Origin: Bigelowiella natans CCMP2755
Lineage: Eukaryota > Protista > Cercozoa
Assembly (NCBI GenBank): GCA_000320545.1
Contig: ADNK01001075.1
Location: forward strand, 1 to 53,964
Reading direction: 5' to 3'
Length of the DNA: 53,964 nt
Position 1 is the stretch's first letter. Every line of letters starts with the position of its first letter. Below are positions 22,531-38,393 of this stretch, in pieces. The position numbers and the translations under genes are program-made. Under the pieces are notes generated by a model that worked only from the letters and a program-made list of their open reading frames with translations, had not been told where the DNA came from and searched no databases.

Positions 22531-24075
22531 GCTGGCATCATGACGTGACGAGGTATAAACGTATAAACACTGGTGTATATTGCGATTTATCGTTTGGAAT
22601 GATGAGGATTAGTAAACACGCATGATCTTAGTCACGAAAGGTTGGAGCACAATCGTGTGCTTCATTATTACAAAAGTAGGCCATTGGTAATCAAAGCTTG
22701 CGGCAATGGAATTGAACTGGACGGCATTCAAGAGAATCTGAAAAGACAATATCCGACATCCCATCCGTCAGACGGCAGCGGTCATAATGTTATATTCTCG
22801 ACGCGTTAGGGGACTTTGGCAGCACCTTGATCATGATCGAAGACTTGCCATACTCTCGGTGGTCATCACCATTGAGTGCTTCCTGATGACGAGAACATAG
22901 TCTCACAACGCAGTCTCACATAGTCTCAAACAACCATTACTAACGGGCCAAATGCAGCACCTACACAACTAGTCCACAAACCTCTGCATCCTGGACATTC
23001 ATGTACGTAAGACCGACCTGGAGGACAGAGCAATGTATTCTTAGCAACCATACAGACAACACGTTAGATCTTTTAATATTACCCCGATAAAGCAGACGAA
23101 TAGCCAGGCAGCAATAAGCTGAAAAATCTGAGTAGGCATCATTACACACACAAATACGTACCATGTTAACCAACATGAAATATCGGAACAGTCCGGCTTT
23201 TGACCAACCACTACTTTGCGTCATTCGTAAGTACGCACCGTGAGTAAAGGCTCATCGCACTTTTCACAGTCGTACTGCTCGGTGCGCCCCTGAAAAATGA
23301 GAATAGCAAGTCGGCATAATCGTCGTATGGAGAGCCGTAGTAGCAAGCTCGATGATGTGACTATCAGCAGCGCTCAGTTGACACACATATCCAAAGAGCA
23401 TTCTAAGGTGATGATGCGCGATCATCAACAACACCGTTCAGCATCAATCTTAGCTTCACCAAAATATGTTCTTCGACTGGCCGAATTGACGATGATGTAT
23501 GTTTTAAATTTACTCACATATCCGTCTGTGCACTCAGAGCATAGAACTCCTTCATAGCCAGTAGCACAAACACCCCTTTCTCCTGGGCAAGCTTTGTTAC
23601 GACACTTTATGAACTCTACTGTTCCAAGGTCTTTCTCTACCCATGGATCATGCCACCACCTACACCAAGAGAATTTTTTTTGCATTATGAGAGGGGGGAA
23701 GTGCTGACATAATGAGATGATGAACCTATCGATATGACAGCCTTATACATTCACTACTACTACTGAGAAAAGTGAAAGTATACACTTTAGTTGCTTAGAT
23801 ACAATTACCCAGATTTAGGCTGCATATCCAGGTCAGTGACGCCTTTGAAGGAAGAACACACACACACACACACACTCACAATCACATATGGAAATTTACA
23901 ACTATCCACAAATCTTCTATGATACAGAAGACGAATATTGATTTCTCACAACAAACACCTTCAGAATCACAATTTCCCCCTTCCGGGCATTCGTAGCATT
24001 TAGCCGGATTTCCAACTGGATCGAGTCTTTCCTAAAAGCGACATTGAGGTATGTATGTATGTATGTATGTCTGTC

Positions 24076-24114
<39 letters not shown>

Positions 24115-24702
24115 TTCGATCGTCGGCAATAACAAAGGCACCATCTGACTTGAATAATGTATTGGTAAAAAATCTCAGTAATCTTCCCATCGGCCACCAC
24201 TCAAAAAGTATTCATTGTGAAGGTCATAGCTGAAGGCTGATAGCTATGGTAATGTGTCAGAAAAAGTGATATCCTTTTGAAATATTCAGCAAGTTCCAGT
24301 ATAGTAGAAGTAGTAGTAGTAGTAGTAGTAGCAGTAGTACAGTGTATGCAAAGTATTCCCGCTGGCAAATACATTCTTGTGTGCTATTTCCTTTCCTTGA
24401 GTTGAGCTACCAAAACAACACACATCCATGGAATTAATAGCGGATAATAGTAGTATTCAAAGAAACCAGGCTGTTGTATACAGCAGCCTAGCTGAATCTC
24501 GGCAAAACTAAGTAGGATATACGGGGGCGATGGTGTGTATATTGGCGGGTGGAGAAGTGGGGGTGCTGTTGGGTACGGTAGTAATATGTAGTAGGAAATG
24601 ACCGGGCATGCTACGCACAGCGAGTGATTGAGATTGGGAACATAATCTTGCTGACATTTGATGCCTAAGTATACGTGCATTTGCTTTCAGGTTTGGATGT
24701 TT

Positions 24703-24745
<43 letters not shown>

Positions 24746-25037
24746 CAATCCACCGAGTCTTCTATTGACGGCCATCATAGCTTTTAAATATAACCCTAAC
24801 CCTGACCCTAACCTCCCGAAAACCCCAAACAGATTAAAGCTCAGATTATTATCATTATTACAAGTTCTTGCTCCCATGCCAACCGTGACGCCCTGAGCAT
24901 GATGCCACAATATAGGATGATGTTTGTCAGTGCTATTGGGTAGTTTTGCTACAGTCTTCTGAAACGATATGATTTGATATGACGAAGGAGGAGGAGGAAG
25001 GCTGCACCTTGCACTGGGAGCACTCAACGGATCTAAG

Positions 25038-25074
<37 letters not shown>

Positions 25075-25132
25075 TATCACTCCAACAAAATGATTCTTGT
25101 GACATTGATAGTCTTCATTGTAATATAGCGAC

Positions 25133-25165
<33 letters not shown>

Positions 25166-25420
25166 CAAACAATTGTTCTCGTCAGTTAAAAATCCATATA
25201 TTTGTCATTCAGCAGCCCCATTATCTGGCTGCTCCCCCTCTTTTCAGGCCTGTCTATGCTACCTTGTTTCAGCCGAGGCTTTTCCAACTGGGCAGAGGAT
25301 GCACGTTGTGCTATTGCAAGAAGAAGAAGAAGAAGAAGAAGAAGAAGAAGAAAGATTTGTTACTTCACGAAGTAGCTTTACAACAAATGATGATTATTGT
25401 TTGAAATTAAAAAATAAATG

Positions 25421-25457
<37 letters not shown>

Positions 25458-26451
25458 AATACATATAATCTTGATATTATTGAGGTGGCCACTGCTGCTG
25501 CTGCTGCTGCATCATGATCATCATCTTCTTCTGCTCCAACGAATGTTACCCTGCGCTTGGAATAAGGTTCTGGTATTTTCCCGCAGCACAGTCAACGCAA
25601 ATATCGTTTAAAATCACCTGATCAATGATCAATCCTTCAATAACAACAATGCGGATGATCTCAACCATTCAGAAGCACAAAGAGTCGCTCTAGTAGTAGA
25701 AGTTTGACGACTGCAGTAGGAGCAGCCAGGTTCGCGTTTCTTCCTCCTCTTTCTTTTTCTTTATGTTTTCGTTTCATTCAGATCTCACCTGCCCAGGCTG
25801 GCAAAGAGAGACGTGCAGAGAGGATGTAGTAGTATTGAGGTAGTGGGTTGCTACTGCTCCGCCATCAGTGCTCCACGTGACCTGACAGATACAGCATATA
25901 AGAGAAACAGCGGAAAAGTTTGCGTATTTACGCAAACATAAACACATGAAGACATGAAGGACCCCCCCGCCCCCTTGTGCACGCACGCGCTCACACTCGT
26001 TATTGTATAAGCCTCCTCGCAGTTCGGAAAGAGCCTATCTTATTACTGTTGCTGTTGCATAGAGCTGGTGCGAGCTATTTGGATGAGACGTAAACGTTGT
26101 AGGAGCCCTGGGCTTGCACCTGGCGATGACAGAGAACAAGAGGAAGATCATGATACAACAACGAGAGGGATTATTCTAGAAGAAAGAGTGACAAGGAAAT
26201 TACATGCCAAAACAATCACTGTATGGTTCTCCAGAAGCGACTCACGAGTCAGCATGCAAATTTCGTTAGGAATTCATCTTCTAATTCAGCCACATAGACC
26301 AGTCATTGCTAGGCCAAATAGTGCTACTTCTTATTAGGAATACTACTATTGATACTACTTTGTGCCAAAACACGAGACGCCGTCTTTAGGCCTACTTGTC
26401 TCTGTCATGAATCGGAAAATCTTTACTTCCATAGCGCAATACAATTGAAAA

Positions 26452-26487
<36 letters not shown>

Positions 26488-26651
26488 TATTGAACTCTTT
26501 GTAAATCAGAATGTTCTATGATTGGTACCCCTAGAAAAGGTCCCCCCCGATCCTACGAGTGAAATCAGGCTCTGGAAAGACAACAATTGGAAACAACTAC
26601 CATGATCTCGAGCACACACAATTACCAAATAAAATATCGACTCGTAGTCTC

Positions 26652-26694
<43 letters not shown>

Positions 26695-27623
26695 CACGGA
26701 CACGGACACGGACACAGGCTTGCGCGCAAGTGCTAATACAATATTTAAACTTGCGGCTGCATTATAGCAAGGGAATTAGTACCGAGTTGTCAAGCACGGT
26801 ATTGCCATAGTAGTCCTTTAGCGACACATACAAGCTATCGTTTAAGGGTATCTGGGTTATAATAAAAGGTCATCATCGTTAATATTAGGAGGCAGAAAAG
26901 AAATACAGATATCATATCTGGGAACGACGGAGTGTTGCTTTGAACGTACCTGCGATCCCATAGTCACGGGGAGACCGCTCTATGAATAAAACAACGATTA
27001 ATTCGTCAAAATATTGAAGTAGAAGTTTGTCATCGATCATTCAGTCTCCCCGGTACAATATGTCAAGAAATTAAACGTGTTCGCTTTAATCTCTCCCTGT
27101 TTGGTCTTAGATCGATTCAGAAAAACAACTTAGCCAAACACAGTGCCGTGCAGTGAGAGTCCTTCTTCTTCTTCTTCTTCGCATGAGTTTTATTATAAAT
27201 TTATTTATTTGTATGGGGGGTAATCAATCAATCAATCAATCAATCAATCACCCAATACAGAGAGTAGGCATCGCTGGCAAAGTCGTTTCCTTGCCTCCCA
27301 ACGTTATCTGAGAATCTGCAAATGGATGTAAAAGGGATTGTTTATGGGGTGTACTGTATAAATATGAGGCGCGGGGACTCATTATATAATGAAATTGATT
27401 CTAATAGTCGATCGGTCTTAACTGGACATCTGCAGCTATGATTGGGCGCGATTCAATCAGATTCCAGAAGATCTTTGAATAAAACCAGCATAGCAGTTAG
27501 AATAAGCAGGCATGGCATCATATCGTGATACAACTGTTTAGCAATCAGCAACAGATAAACCAAGGATCTGCACCGATACACTTCATAGGCAAACGCACAC
27601 ACACACACATACACGCACACGCG

Positions 27624-27671
<48 letters not shown>

Positions 27672-29165
27672 ATCACATATATTCCATGTTCTGAGAATAT
27701 TACCGCTCCTCCCGAGCCTCCAGTCGCCTTATTTCGGGCGAACCGAGTTGCATTGATGGACACTTTTCCGGACGCAGAATTGTCGGTGATGTAGAGCTAC
27801 AGTATGGGCATGTGAGTGTGTGTGTGTGTTAGAGTGCACCGAATACATGCAATCATTGTGTGTACAACCGCTCCTCCCCTAGGCCTTATTCCCGGCACAG
27901 GCCCTGCAACGTTATCTATGAAATCACAATCGGTGAAGCTGGAGAGCTGAGTCAGCTCATTGTAAGCCGCAGCTCCTCCGGAACTACTGGCGAAGTTAGA
28001 TCTGAATAATGAGTGAATAGAGATCGGCAAGAAATGCAGTCGCTTCTCAGTTGAACTCCTTAGACCAAAGCTACTACATGTGTTGGTTGGAGAGAACGCT
28101 ATTGGACTCGAGAATGCATGCCAAACGGGTAAGGGCGTGTGTTACTCTGCGTATGACGAAGAATCACCTAAATTTCGTCTTTACGTTTGATATAATCGAT
28201 GCCCTGCTGCTGATAGCGCCCCCACTTTTAGCTTCATTGACTGAAAGTGAATATGGGATGGTTAGGCGCTAAGAACAAAGAACTTTCGTTATCAAAGCAT
28301 TTCTCGATCATCATCAGAGGGATTGATCATATGTAGAGTTAGTTCGCATCGTCAGCATCGTACAAAGTAAATCGCAATCCTGGAAGAAGAGTCTTGAAGA
28401 CAGCTCCGCGCGCACACCTCCGCCCTGTTGACAATCCGCCATTCCCAACAGCAAGCAATGGGTGGGTAGCCGCACAGAACACATCTTAGAATCTTCATAA
28501 CGAGGCATCATCATCATCATCATCATCATCAACAACAACAGCATCATCATCATCAAAATACCAGGATGGCCATATTGATAAAAGATGCTAGAGAGAGACA
28601 GACTATGATTATATTAGAACCTTTTTTTGCGCCTTGTTGCTGAAGAACTTCGAGTGGTAGAACCTCACATCCATTGCGCCAGAAGCATAAACCTTTTATG
28701 TTTAGACGGTATAGTAAAACAAATTGGTTGTCAGCGAAACTTCTCTTGGTAATGCTTCTAAGGTTGCACAGAGCAACATCTGATCCTGTACCCCTGCGCC
28801 ATTGAGAGCTGTCAGATTGTAGAATTCGGAAGAGCTAAAATGATAAGATAATAATACTCCAGTCAAGACAACTTCAGACGCACAGACAGCGTTACGTGCT
28901 GACATGGAATGATAAGGTTCTTACTAGATTCTCACAGGACCAACAGTAGTCAGATGAAGGCCTCCACCACTTTCGCCCGCACTGTTGTTCTTAAATATGC
29001 TTCCATGTACGTTAAGAGAGCCCTGAAGGATATTTGACGGAGTAAACTCAATCTATCATGACAGCAGCAGCGGTGGATGATGACGTGGTCAGTGAGAACA
29101 TAAATGTAATGTCTTGGGGGACGAATGGCTCGACATTAGCGTACATGAACAACGCACAGCTAGAG

Positions 29166-29215
<50 letters not shown>

Positions 29216-30295
29216 GTATACAGAGAAAGAAGGAGGAAGGAAGGAAGGAGAGTAGTTACTCGATCTAATACTTCAATTCCGGCCGTTTTTCTCCCTACAA
29301 ACAGCGATTACCACACGGATTAACGAGTGAGAAGTGGCGTGGAGCGTAGACAACAGTATAAGAATACCAATATTGCTGATGAAACTGCTGTTCTGTATAG
29401 AAGCAGTAGCAGCTCCCGCAACCGCGATGACCCCCGTGTATGCTACGAATTATAAATGGGCCTTCAATTGCAGGATCATCTATCTCTTTTTAAGGAAGTG
29501 TTTCATGGCTATAAGAGGCAGTGTAGGCAGATTTAGAGAGGGAGGCATGCAGGTCGACAAGAGAGATGGTGGGAATCGGGGAACAACATGCGTTGTTTAA
29601 CACAAGATTTAAAATAAGCCAAAAGAATTTGTGATTTTGAGATTGTTGATCCTCTCTTTGTATTCATTTTTCAGCCTTCTCCATTACCAGCATCAACAAA
29701 GGTGACTTTATTGTCCTCAAACCTATTTGGTTCAAAACAGCAACTCAACTCAACTACGACAATTCCAATACCTGTACAAATACATATGTATCTGCAGAGT
29801 GCTGCTAAAGAATCAAAAACCTGCATCTATCCACAGTAAGCTCACTGCCTCCTTGCATGTAAATTGCACTTCCCTCAGTAATTGCTCCCTGTTATTATCA
29901 TCGAATATAGGACATCTGCTGAATCTAGATTCACGCAAGAACACCACGACATCAATCCCAACTCTTTCATCCTATTAGTAACGTCCTTTCTACTCTCTCC
30001 ATTCTTGCCATTGAATGCATCGCTCAATCGGTAGTAGTGCTATTATATGATACCGTGATGTTGACTCTAAGGAGTTTGGCTCTTGATGTAACCCCCAATT
30101 TAATAACCTATGCATTAGGAATAATCACTTAGGGCTGCTTTCCAATAAAATAGAGTATATTCAAAGCTTTCCGCTCGACGATTCACACAAAACCACTTAC
30201 CCCGAAAGAAATCTTGCTTCGAGAGTTGAGGATTTCCACGTCTGTAAATTCTACCCTAGTGTTGTCCTTTGCCTATAAGTACCATATGTGAGTGT

Positions 30296-30343
<48 letters not shown>

Positions 30344-30638
30344 GTGTATTTGACTGAAGCTAAGTCACTATCTAGGCAAAAAGTACATACCAAAGTAACG
30401 GCAACTGAATCGCCGATGGTTTTTTCTAAAGTGCAATTTTTCAGCTTCAGAATCCCGGTGTCCACCTAATGAACGAGATAATGCAGCAGTCATTTACGGA
30501 TGTTCGATCTGGAATTTTGATATCTTTTAGGTACCACGCGCGCAAACCCAGCGTTCGCAGCGGAGCCTCCAACAAAAGTGCTATTTTCGATGTCAATCTA
30601 AGTTTGAAATATATAAAATGATTATTACTCACATCGTT

Positions 30639-30681
<43 letters not shown>

Positions 30682-30828
30682 GGATGAGCACTGACCGTCG
30701 CTTCGCTCAATGCGTTGACAAACCCACCATCCGCTTGGGCGCTCACATTGATAGCAGTAGAGCTAAGTTGGAACGATGAAAAATAGAAATATTGAGGAGC
30801 AGGTAGTATTCACCTCGACGTCAATGTA

Positions 30829-30868
<40 letters not shown>

Positions 30869-32010
30869 CACACATATTTGTTCTCCTTCTGACATTTAGT
30901 AGTACTACTCTTTCTGATATGAGCTCTCCAAAGTATTATAGTGAGTAGTACTACTACTATTTGCAACACCACCTTTTGAACGTGAGTGCAGCAGCCAACA
31001 TCCAGACGAACCCTCCGGACAAAGAGGAGATTTCCTATTGGAGATTCAAAAGAAAAACAGAAGATTGAAGTATGGAAAAGTTTGCTCAGGTGTACGAACA
31101 CCCTTGCGCCATATAATCTCATCAGTAATACTGCACGCTGTCAATATACTCATCATCATCGTCACCACCATCATCTTCATAACTTTAGGTGAAGTGATGG
31201 CAGCTCTATTTATTGACCTTGAAGACGGAAGTTGTTACTTCTGCACGAGTTCCCTTATTCGGCATGTAAAGTACCCCCCCCATAGCACCAGCCTACACAC
31301 ACACACACACACACATACGTACTCAAACATCGAAGAAGGGAGGTAGATGCATATAATACACGTCTGCCCAGGGAAAATATATTCGGCGCTAATTCCTCCT
31401 TCTTCTCCTTCCTCATCAGCTTCTTCCTTTCTCGACTCTTCTACACTTACACGAGCTGATGACTCACCTTAACATTTGAGATCTCGCAGTCACTTATATA
31501 GAGCAGGGACTCTGATATTGATTAGTTGGAAGAAGCGATTAGAAGACAGACACTTTCTTATCTGCCTCCCATAGCGCCCCGCCCTGCCAACTCTACTGAC
31601 GAAGAATCTACTCCTAAATCACCTGTTTGCGCAAATACGACGCCTCCAAACGCAGCGGCTGTTACATCATCAACCTGAGATTTGTGAGGTGACATTATCG
31701 GTTTCGTCACCATTTTGTCAAAAATATGAAATGTTTCATCGTCTTCCTTATCGTCGTCATCACAGCTTCAATCCTTACATTCTCCGAGCGCACACACAAC
31801 GTTGTTGGTCATTGAATACGGGAAAAATCGAAGTACAACAGCAAATGCATGATTAGACACAAAGCGACCAACCTTTACTAACAGCAAATGCATGATTAGA
31901 CACAAAGCGACCAACCTTTACTCTTGTGAGACGTGCAACTGAACGGGATCCGAGGTGTATCACTCCAGCATCTCGTATGGTGACGTTGCTCACCTTTCAA
32001 CAAGGGAATG

Positions 32011-32054
<44 letters not shown>

Positions 32055-33006
32055 GCTGGCTGGCACAACATATTCTGCTATGCATGTATCCCCACAACTC
32101 TGTGAGTCTGTCAACAATTTCCGCTGCTTTTGACCTTTTACAAACGGTTTATTGCACCCTCATACGTCTCATATACACATAAATTTGTTCTCTACGACAC
32201 ACGATGACTATATTCATCCTCTTAGTAGGACTATCACCTGAACATTTGTGATGACGGCCTCTGCATCAGCCTCCACGTAAATAACACCGTCATTTCCTTT
32301 CAATTGGTCGAAATGAGAGTCTGTGATGTCTACTCTTGAGGTTTCTCCGACGCCAAAATCCTGCAGATACACGCTAACGCCTCTGAACCCATAGCTTTTG
32401 TTGAACTGGCAATTTCGAATCGTGGCCATTCTCCCCACAAACACTGCCCCTGGAGACAACGGTGGTTTCACAAGGAGAAAAAACAATTCTCAGAATCAAG
32501 CATTCTTGCAGGTATCTGAATCTCCCTATTGCGAGAACATGCTTACATCGTAAGAATGGCAGCAATGGGATGTGATGCTGAGAGTGACTTGTACGAAGTC
32601 ATGATCATTTGCACTAGTTATATCTTCCCATGCGATTCATCTTCTTCACCTACCGCCATAGCTCGCGCTGGACGAAAGGAAGCTGCTATCCGCAATATCC
32701 GTGATTGATACCACCAAATCTCTGTGTTCAAATCAAAGAAGGCGTGTGATTAAAACAGCCGACATGTGATGAGTACTCATAAACATGAGCACGGTTATCA
32801 CTTAAGAAGTACCCCCCCGTGAAAAGTGCTGAATTGCCCTTGAATGTGGTGCTGATGACTATCAGTGAGCCGGCATTTGAGATAGCTCCTCCATATAGAG
32901 CCTTGTTGTTCTCGAATCTGATGACGCATTCATGGATACAAATTATAGATATGCTCATATATCGTTTCTCGTGGTATTTTTAAGACAAGGAGAGGGATCA
33001 AGGAGA

Positions 33007-33086
<80 letters not shown>

Positions 33087-33088
33087 AG

Positions 33089-33126
<38 letters not shown>

Positions 33127-33438
33127 AAGAGATAGAGAGCTGTTTGTGTGAAGGTATTGTTGCAGTTGTCTGCTATTTAAATGATGACCTTGAGCTTTCA
33201 ACATATAGATTGCTTCCCTGCGTGTCTATAGCACCGCCCCATTCCTCTCCAACATTAGATGTGAAATTGCAGCTCCTGGAAATTATTACAGAGGAAGGCG
33301 ACGAGAGGCAATGTCCAGCGAAATGACAAAAAGAAAATTAAAGCAGTGTAAAGTCGAAGGAGAGTTCATCTTACTACGATACTCTCTTGCATCGTTGTAT
33401 TTTAAGTGAGAGTGAGCGTGAGCGTGAGTGTGAGTGTG

Positions 33439-33481
<43 letters not shown>

Positions 33482-33711
33482 ATAAAGTACGTGATTGTCA
33501 AGCGGCCTTCGTCTCCTTTGAATACACCTGATGAGAGAATGCCCATGTTACGTTACTGAACCGTTCGCTTTCGTGAGATATTAGGGAAAAATACACCCAT
33601 ACACTTCGTTGTAACAGAAATACCTGGCCCAGCGCCTTGATTGCCATGGAAATTACTTCTACTCATCTCCACCGAGACACTCCTGAAACCATACACACAC
33701 ACGCACACACA

Positions 33712-33749
<38 letters not shown>

Positions 33750-34566
33750 TAGCAGCATATCACAATTTTGCCGTCTCCTTCCACATCTACCATCCACCGC
33801 TTTTCAGGTTGTTCAATTTCTAAACCTGGATAACTGTATCGGTACGGAGCCGCGCCCTGTTGCACAAACTTCGTGTTAAGATTATGTATTATTTATATGG
33901 CGTTGTCGTTAATTTGAAATGAATTTGTGAGGAACTGCATCCTTAAGCACTTTAGTCGGAGGCAAACCGTGGGAGATATCACAAGATGTCAGCTCCATAG
34001 TGCCTGAATGTATATATATATATATATATATTTATACATATATGAATAATCGATAAGCATGATGAGAGAATCACATACTTTGTTTTCCTGCCAATGAAAC
34101 AATATCGATCGCAGATCCTTTCCTGCAATAGCGTTGAAAGACGACGATAAGCTCGGCGGAGAGTTCATACTTCACTTGCGCTCTTTTCCCTCCTCTTTCT
34201 TCTTTTACATCGTCATCATCATCACCTCATCAATCAACTACTACTACCACTACTAATATGGTAAGACTACAATGTGAGCACAAAATGAGTAGTACCCTTT
34301 TGCTGCAACTGCGCCCGTGAAGGTTACACCAGTCATGGTAAGCTGAATAATAAGAATCAGCGGGACAAATTCATAATCCATGCTAGGAAAGATGATGATC
34401 ATAATAACTGCATATTCTTCAAGCTGTTTTTGTTTTTTTTTTTAACTCGCTGAGTGATTTAGCCAGAAAGGAGGAGGAGGAGTAGGAGGAGGAGGAGGAG
34501 GAGGAGAGGGGGAGAACAACCACTGCCCTAGTTTCGATGAAATTAAAGGCCCCATGTCCAGTCTGT

Positions 34567-34607
<41 letters not shown>

Positions 34608-36005
34608 ATATACGCAACACTGATAACTTTATCATCAACCTCCACATCATATCCTCTTGTGCAATTGTGTACATGTTCTAATACGCATCGATGTGTTATT
34701 CATGTCCACCACCAATGATCCAACGTTCTCAAACTTGCTCGATATAACGTCAGCCTTGGAGGTAGTGCTTTCAACTGTGTACAAGCAGTGATAGGGTTGG
34801 TATGATTTATAAGTTAAGAAACCTGGGAACATCGTAATAATTATGGTGCTATATCATCATGATACACCACGTCTCACAAGGCCATCACTGATTGCTTATT
34901 TGGATGATAACAACCGTGCAGAAACATCATTGAAACATTGCTTGCGCTGACCTGAGAGTACACACGATTGTTCATTAATGTTCTTCAAACCACGATAACG
35001 ATTTGTGTGGTGTCGCACGCTTTGGAATGATAAATTAGGGAGGAAATGGGGCACTTACGTGTTGGGCATAAACAGTTCCTCTGCCGGTACATAGAGGCAT
35101 GAACAGGATTGATGAATTCGATACAGCCTTTCCAGAGACGACGGACGTCCACGTTGTGCAAAGGGGGGGGGAGGGGGGGGGAGAAAAATATGTCGGTCAG
35201 GAAATCAGCAATAAGGAAGAGGAGAGCCTATGATATATTTTATGTAGCTTCGCACAATTCCAACATCGTGTGACCAACAACCAACCACCAATATGTAACA
35301 AGATTTCTGACATACCGACTTCACATTAGCAAACGTCACATTTTGCAGGAGATAGTCGCCTGATCCCACACAAGATGTTTTGACCTACAATAAATAAATG
35401 GCAGGTGTAATTCGAGAGACTGTAAATCGATGCGCGCGCGTCTGCATGTGCCTACGAAAAGTGTGAGATTCAATAAGAATAATGGGGTGATGTGGCCGGG
35501 AAGAAGATACCAAGTGGCCGTCCAACACTATATTCTTGAAGATAGAGTCTCTTATCACCACTTGGATGAGATAATACCTAACACAACATATAAATGGTAC
35601 AAATGGTCAAAAACAGGATGGGGGAGAGAGGCTACGAACAAATTAGTCTCACCGTTGTAACTGAAAATGGTGAGTTAAAGAAGAATGCGCTTCAATACAC
35701 GACTACTGCTACAACTAGTGCTACTACTCTTAATACTGCAACAAAATCCAAGTACAGACCCGTCGTAGTAGTTCTTTACATATGGGTAAATGTCAGCGAT
35801 GATATACCCGGAGTTGTACCTACACATGATGCAATTAAACGCACACAACAAAATAGGGCAAACAGGATAAGGGCGCTTGGAATGACAACGAGGAGGAGGA
35901 CAATAAGGAAATTACATACCCTTTGCTGCGGTCAAAGACCTCAGGGGAGAAGAATGGAGTGCTCGAGTCGATAACTGAGTTCAGAACCTGAGAATAAAGA
36001 TAAAA

Positions 36006-36038
<33 letters not shown>

Positions 36039-37597
36039 ACACATAATAGGAATGTGGTAGCAACAAGTTTTCCTGCATCAGATAAAAGGGCAGCATGGAT
36101 GCAATGAAGTCTATCGGGTGACAACGCAATAGAAATGAACAAAACCGATCGTGACTTCATGAACAGGCTTCACACACATCGTGAATAATAAAACAATGAT
36201 GATTTGTCGAGTGGAACAAACCGTAACGAGTGAGGTTCCTGTAGGTATATACCTCTTATCTGTTACAACTCTGAACGTATGATTTTATGAACAGTTAAAA
36301 CAAAAAAGATTCTAAATTTTGCATCGACAGAACAAGGCTTCCTGAATTGTATCCAAATTTCTTCTGCATGGGTTTGGTCGTCGTCATCATGATCATCATC
36401 ATCATGATCATGATCATTATCATTATAATCACCATCATCACAATCGTTCTTACAAGATTGAGTGATTGCTGTTGTGGATACGTAGGCCGGTTACAGAGTA
36501 TGACTTGGACAGGTACTGAATAAGCAGGAAAAGAAGAAGAAGAAGAAGAAGAAGAAGAAGAAGAGGATGATGATGATGTAAGAGAAACGTGATGAAAATT
36601 AAAAAAGAAATCCTTTTGACGGTGGTGATATTACAAAAGAATTATCACGCCGTTATCATTGTCATTAATATTGTCGATGTGCTTGCTTCATAGCGGTGTG
36701 TGTTCACCGGGTTAGGGACGGACACATTCACTATCACAACATAATACCTTGGACATGAACACAGCACTGCGCTCACCCGGCGTCACTTGCACGTTCGTTA
36801 ACCCCAGGTTGTTGACACTGTAAGAATTGCACCTGGAAGAAGAAGAAGAAGAAGAAGAAGAAGAAGAAGAAGAAAAGGGATACCACAGTAAAAGTGAAAA
36901 AGATGTTCCAGTGTATGTGATACTACTGAATTAAGCAAAGACGCCTGTTCGTTTTGATTCCCCATCTTCCTTGTGTGTTTATTAATCTCTGATCATACTT
37001 GGTATTTGGGAACGTGCATGTAGCTGGGCACCACACCGCACAGTTGTCCCAAATCACCTGAAAAAGCAATGGACATAGCAACCAGGGTAGTGCTCTATCA
37101 TATACGGTCTTCTTCATCATTCCTTCAACTTGCTTCAGATAGTTCTCCATATATGGTGGATGTGGTGTTGCTATGGTGTCACTGCTGTCGTTGTTTGTGA
37201 AGATACGATACAACTGAACACCTCTGCCTCTCCCAACACTATTTAAGGTAGTATAAGAAGCAGTTTCCTCATGCGCTACTACTGGGCTACTACTCACAGC
37301 TTCAATTTGAGCATCAGATATCGAAACGCTGTTCAAATCAACGTGACTCTGTGGTACGTATCAGTAGGAATAGCAGCAAGGAACAGGTAGTAGTTTAATG
37401 GGCATATGAATGACCGTTACGAGCTGCAAATTCTGCAATTTTACTCTGGTTCTACGACTGCTACTACTACTACTACTACAATTCCCACAACCACTACTCC
37501 TACCACAGATTACAGATGACGTGTCCATCGATATCAAGGATCTTCGGTTTGCTGGATCCTGAAGGTTTGTTGTGAACGATTACAATCAAAGAACAAA

Positions 37598-37637
<40 letters not shown>

Positions 37638-38019
37638 CTTTCTCTCATTTTGAAGTTATTTGGAAGTAGATATGTGCATACGTTTAAAGCAGTTGGTAAT
37701 TCGATAACGAATTCAGAAAATGACGAGGGAGAGGGGTATTACGACGTACATGATATATATTTTGGTCACTCTTGTATATCACAGATGTCATCGTCACTCT
37801 GAAAGAAATTCAGACAAGAATATTATCTATCACCATTCGTTGCTAGAGGCAATGAGGACAATGGTATATGAGAAAGGCGAGGATGAAATAATCGGTGATA
37901 AATTGCAGAGGTGATAGTTTATGAAGAAGAAACAGAATGAAAGTGGGTGGTTATTCGATAATGACCTATGGTTTGCCCCTCCCAAAGCAATAACACCGGC
38001 AAATCGACCTGATGTCAAG

Positions 38020-38061
<42 letters not shown>

Positions 38062-38358
38062 CATGCAAACTTTACTTTTGTACTCTATACACCAAACCTA
38101 ACTAGGAGAAGGTTGACTGGGTTGCGTCGTTAGATGTTTCTTGGTTGTTCGAATGTAGTGTAGTGTGGTAAATATATACCGTCAGGCAGAGCTGTTGCTG
38201 TCGGGGCCTAAGATTATCATCATCATGCGTGCACTCCGTCAGTTAATTACGTACACAACTGCTTGATCAAAGAATTTCTATAATTATCATTCATTTTATC
38301 CGCTGAGTTCCCGATCCCTGCGACGTGACGGAAAGTAGCAGCAGCAGCTTGTGCGCAT

Positions 38359-38393
<35 letters not shown>

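Noticed and set aside
24791-24813. taaccctaaccctgaccctaacc telomere-like repeat
   Set aside because: Only about three degenerate units inside an intron; too short to call an interstitial telomere.
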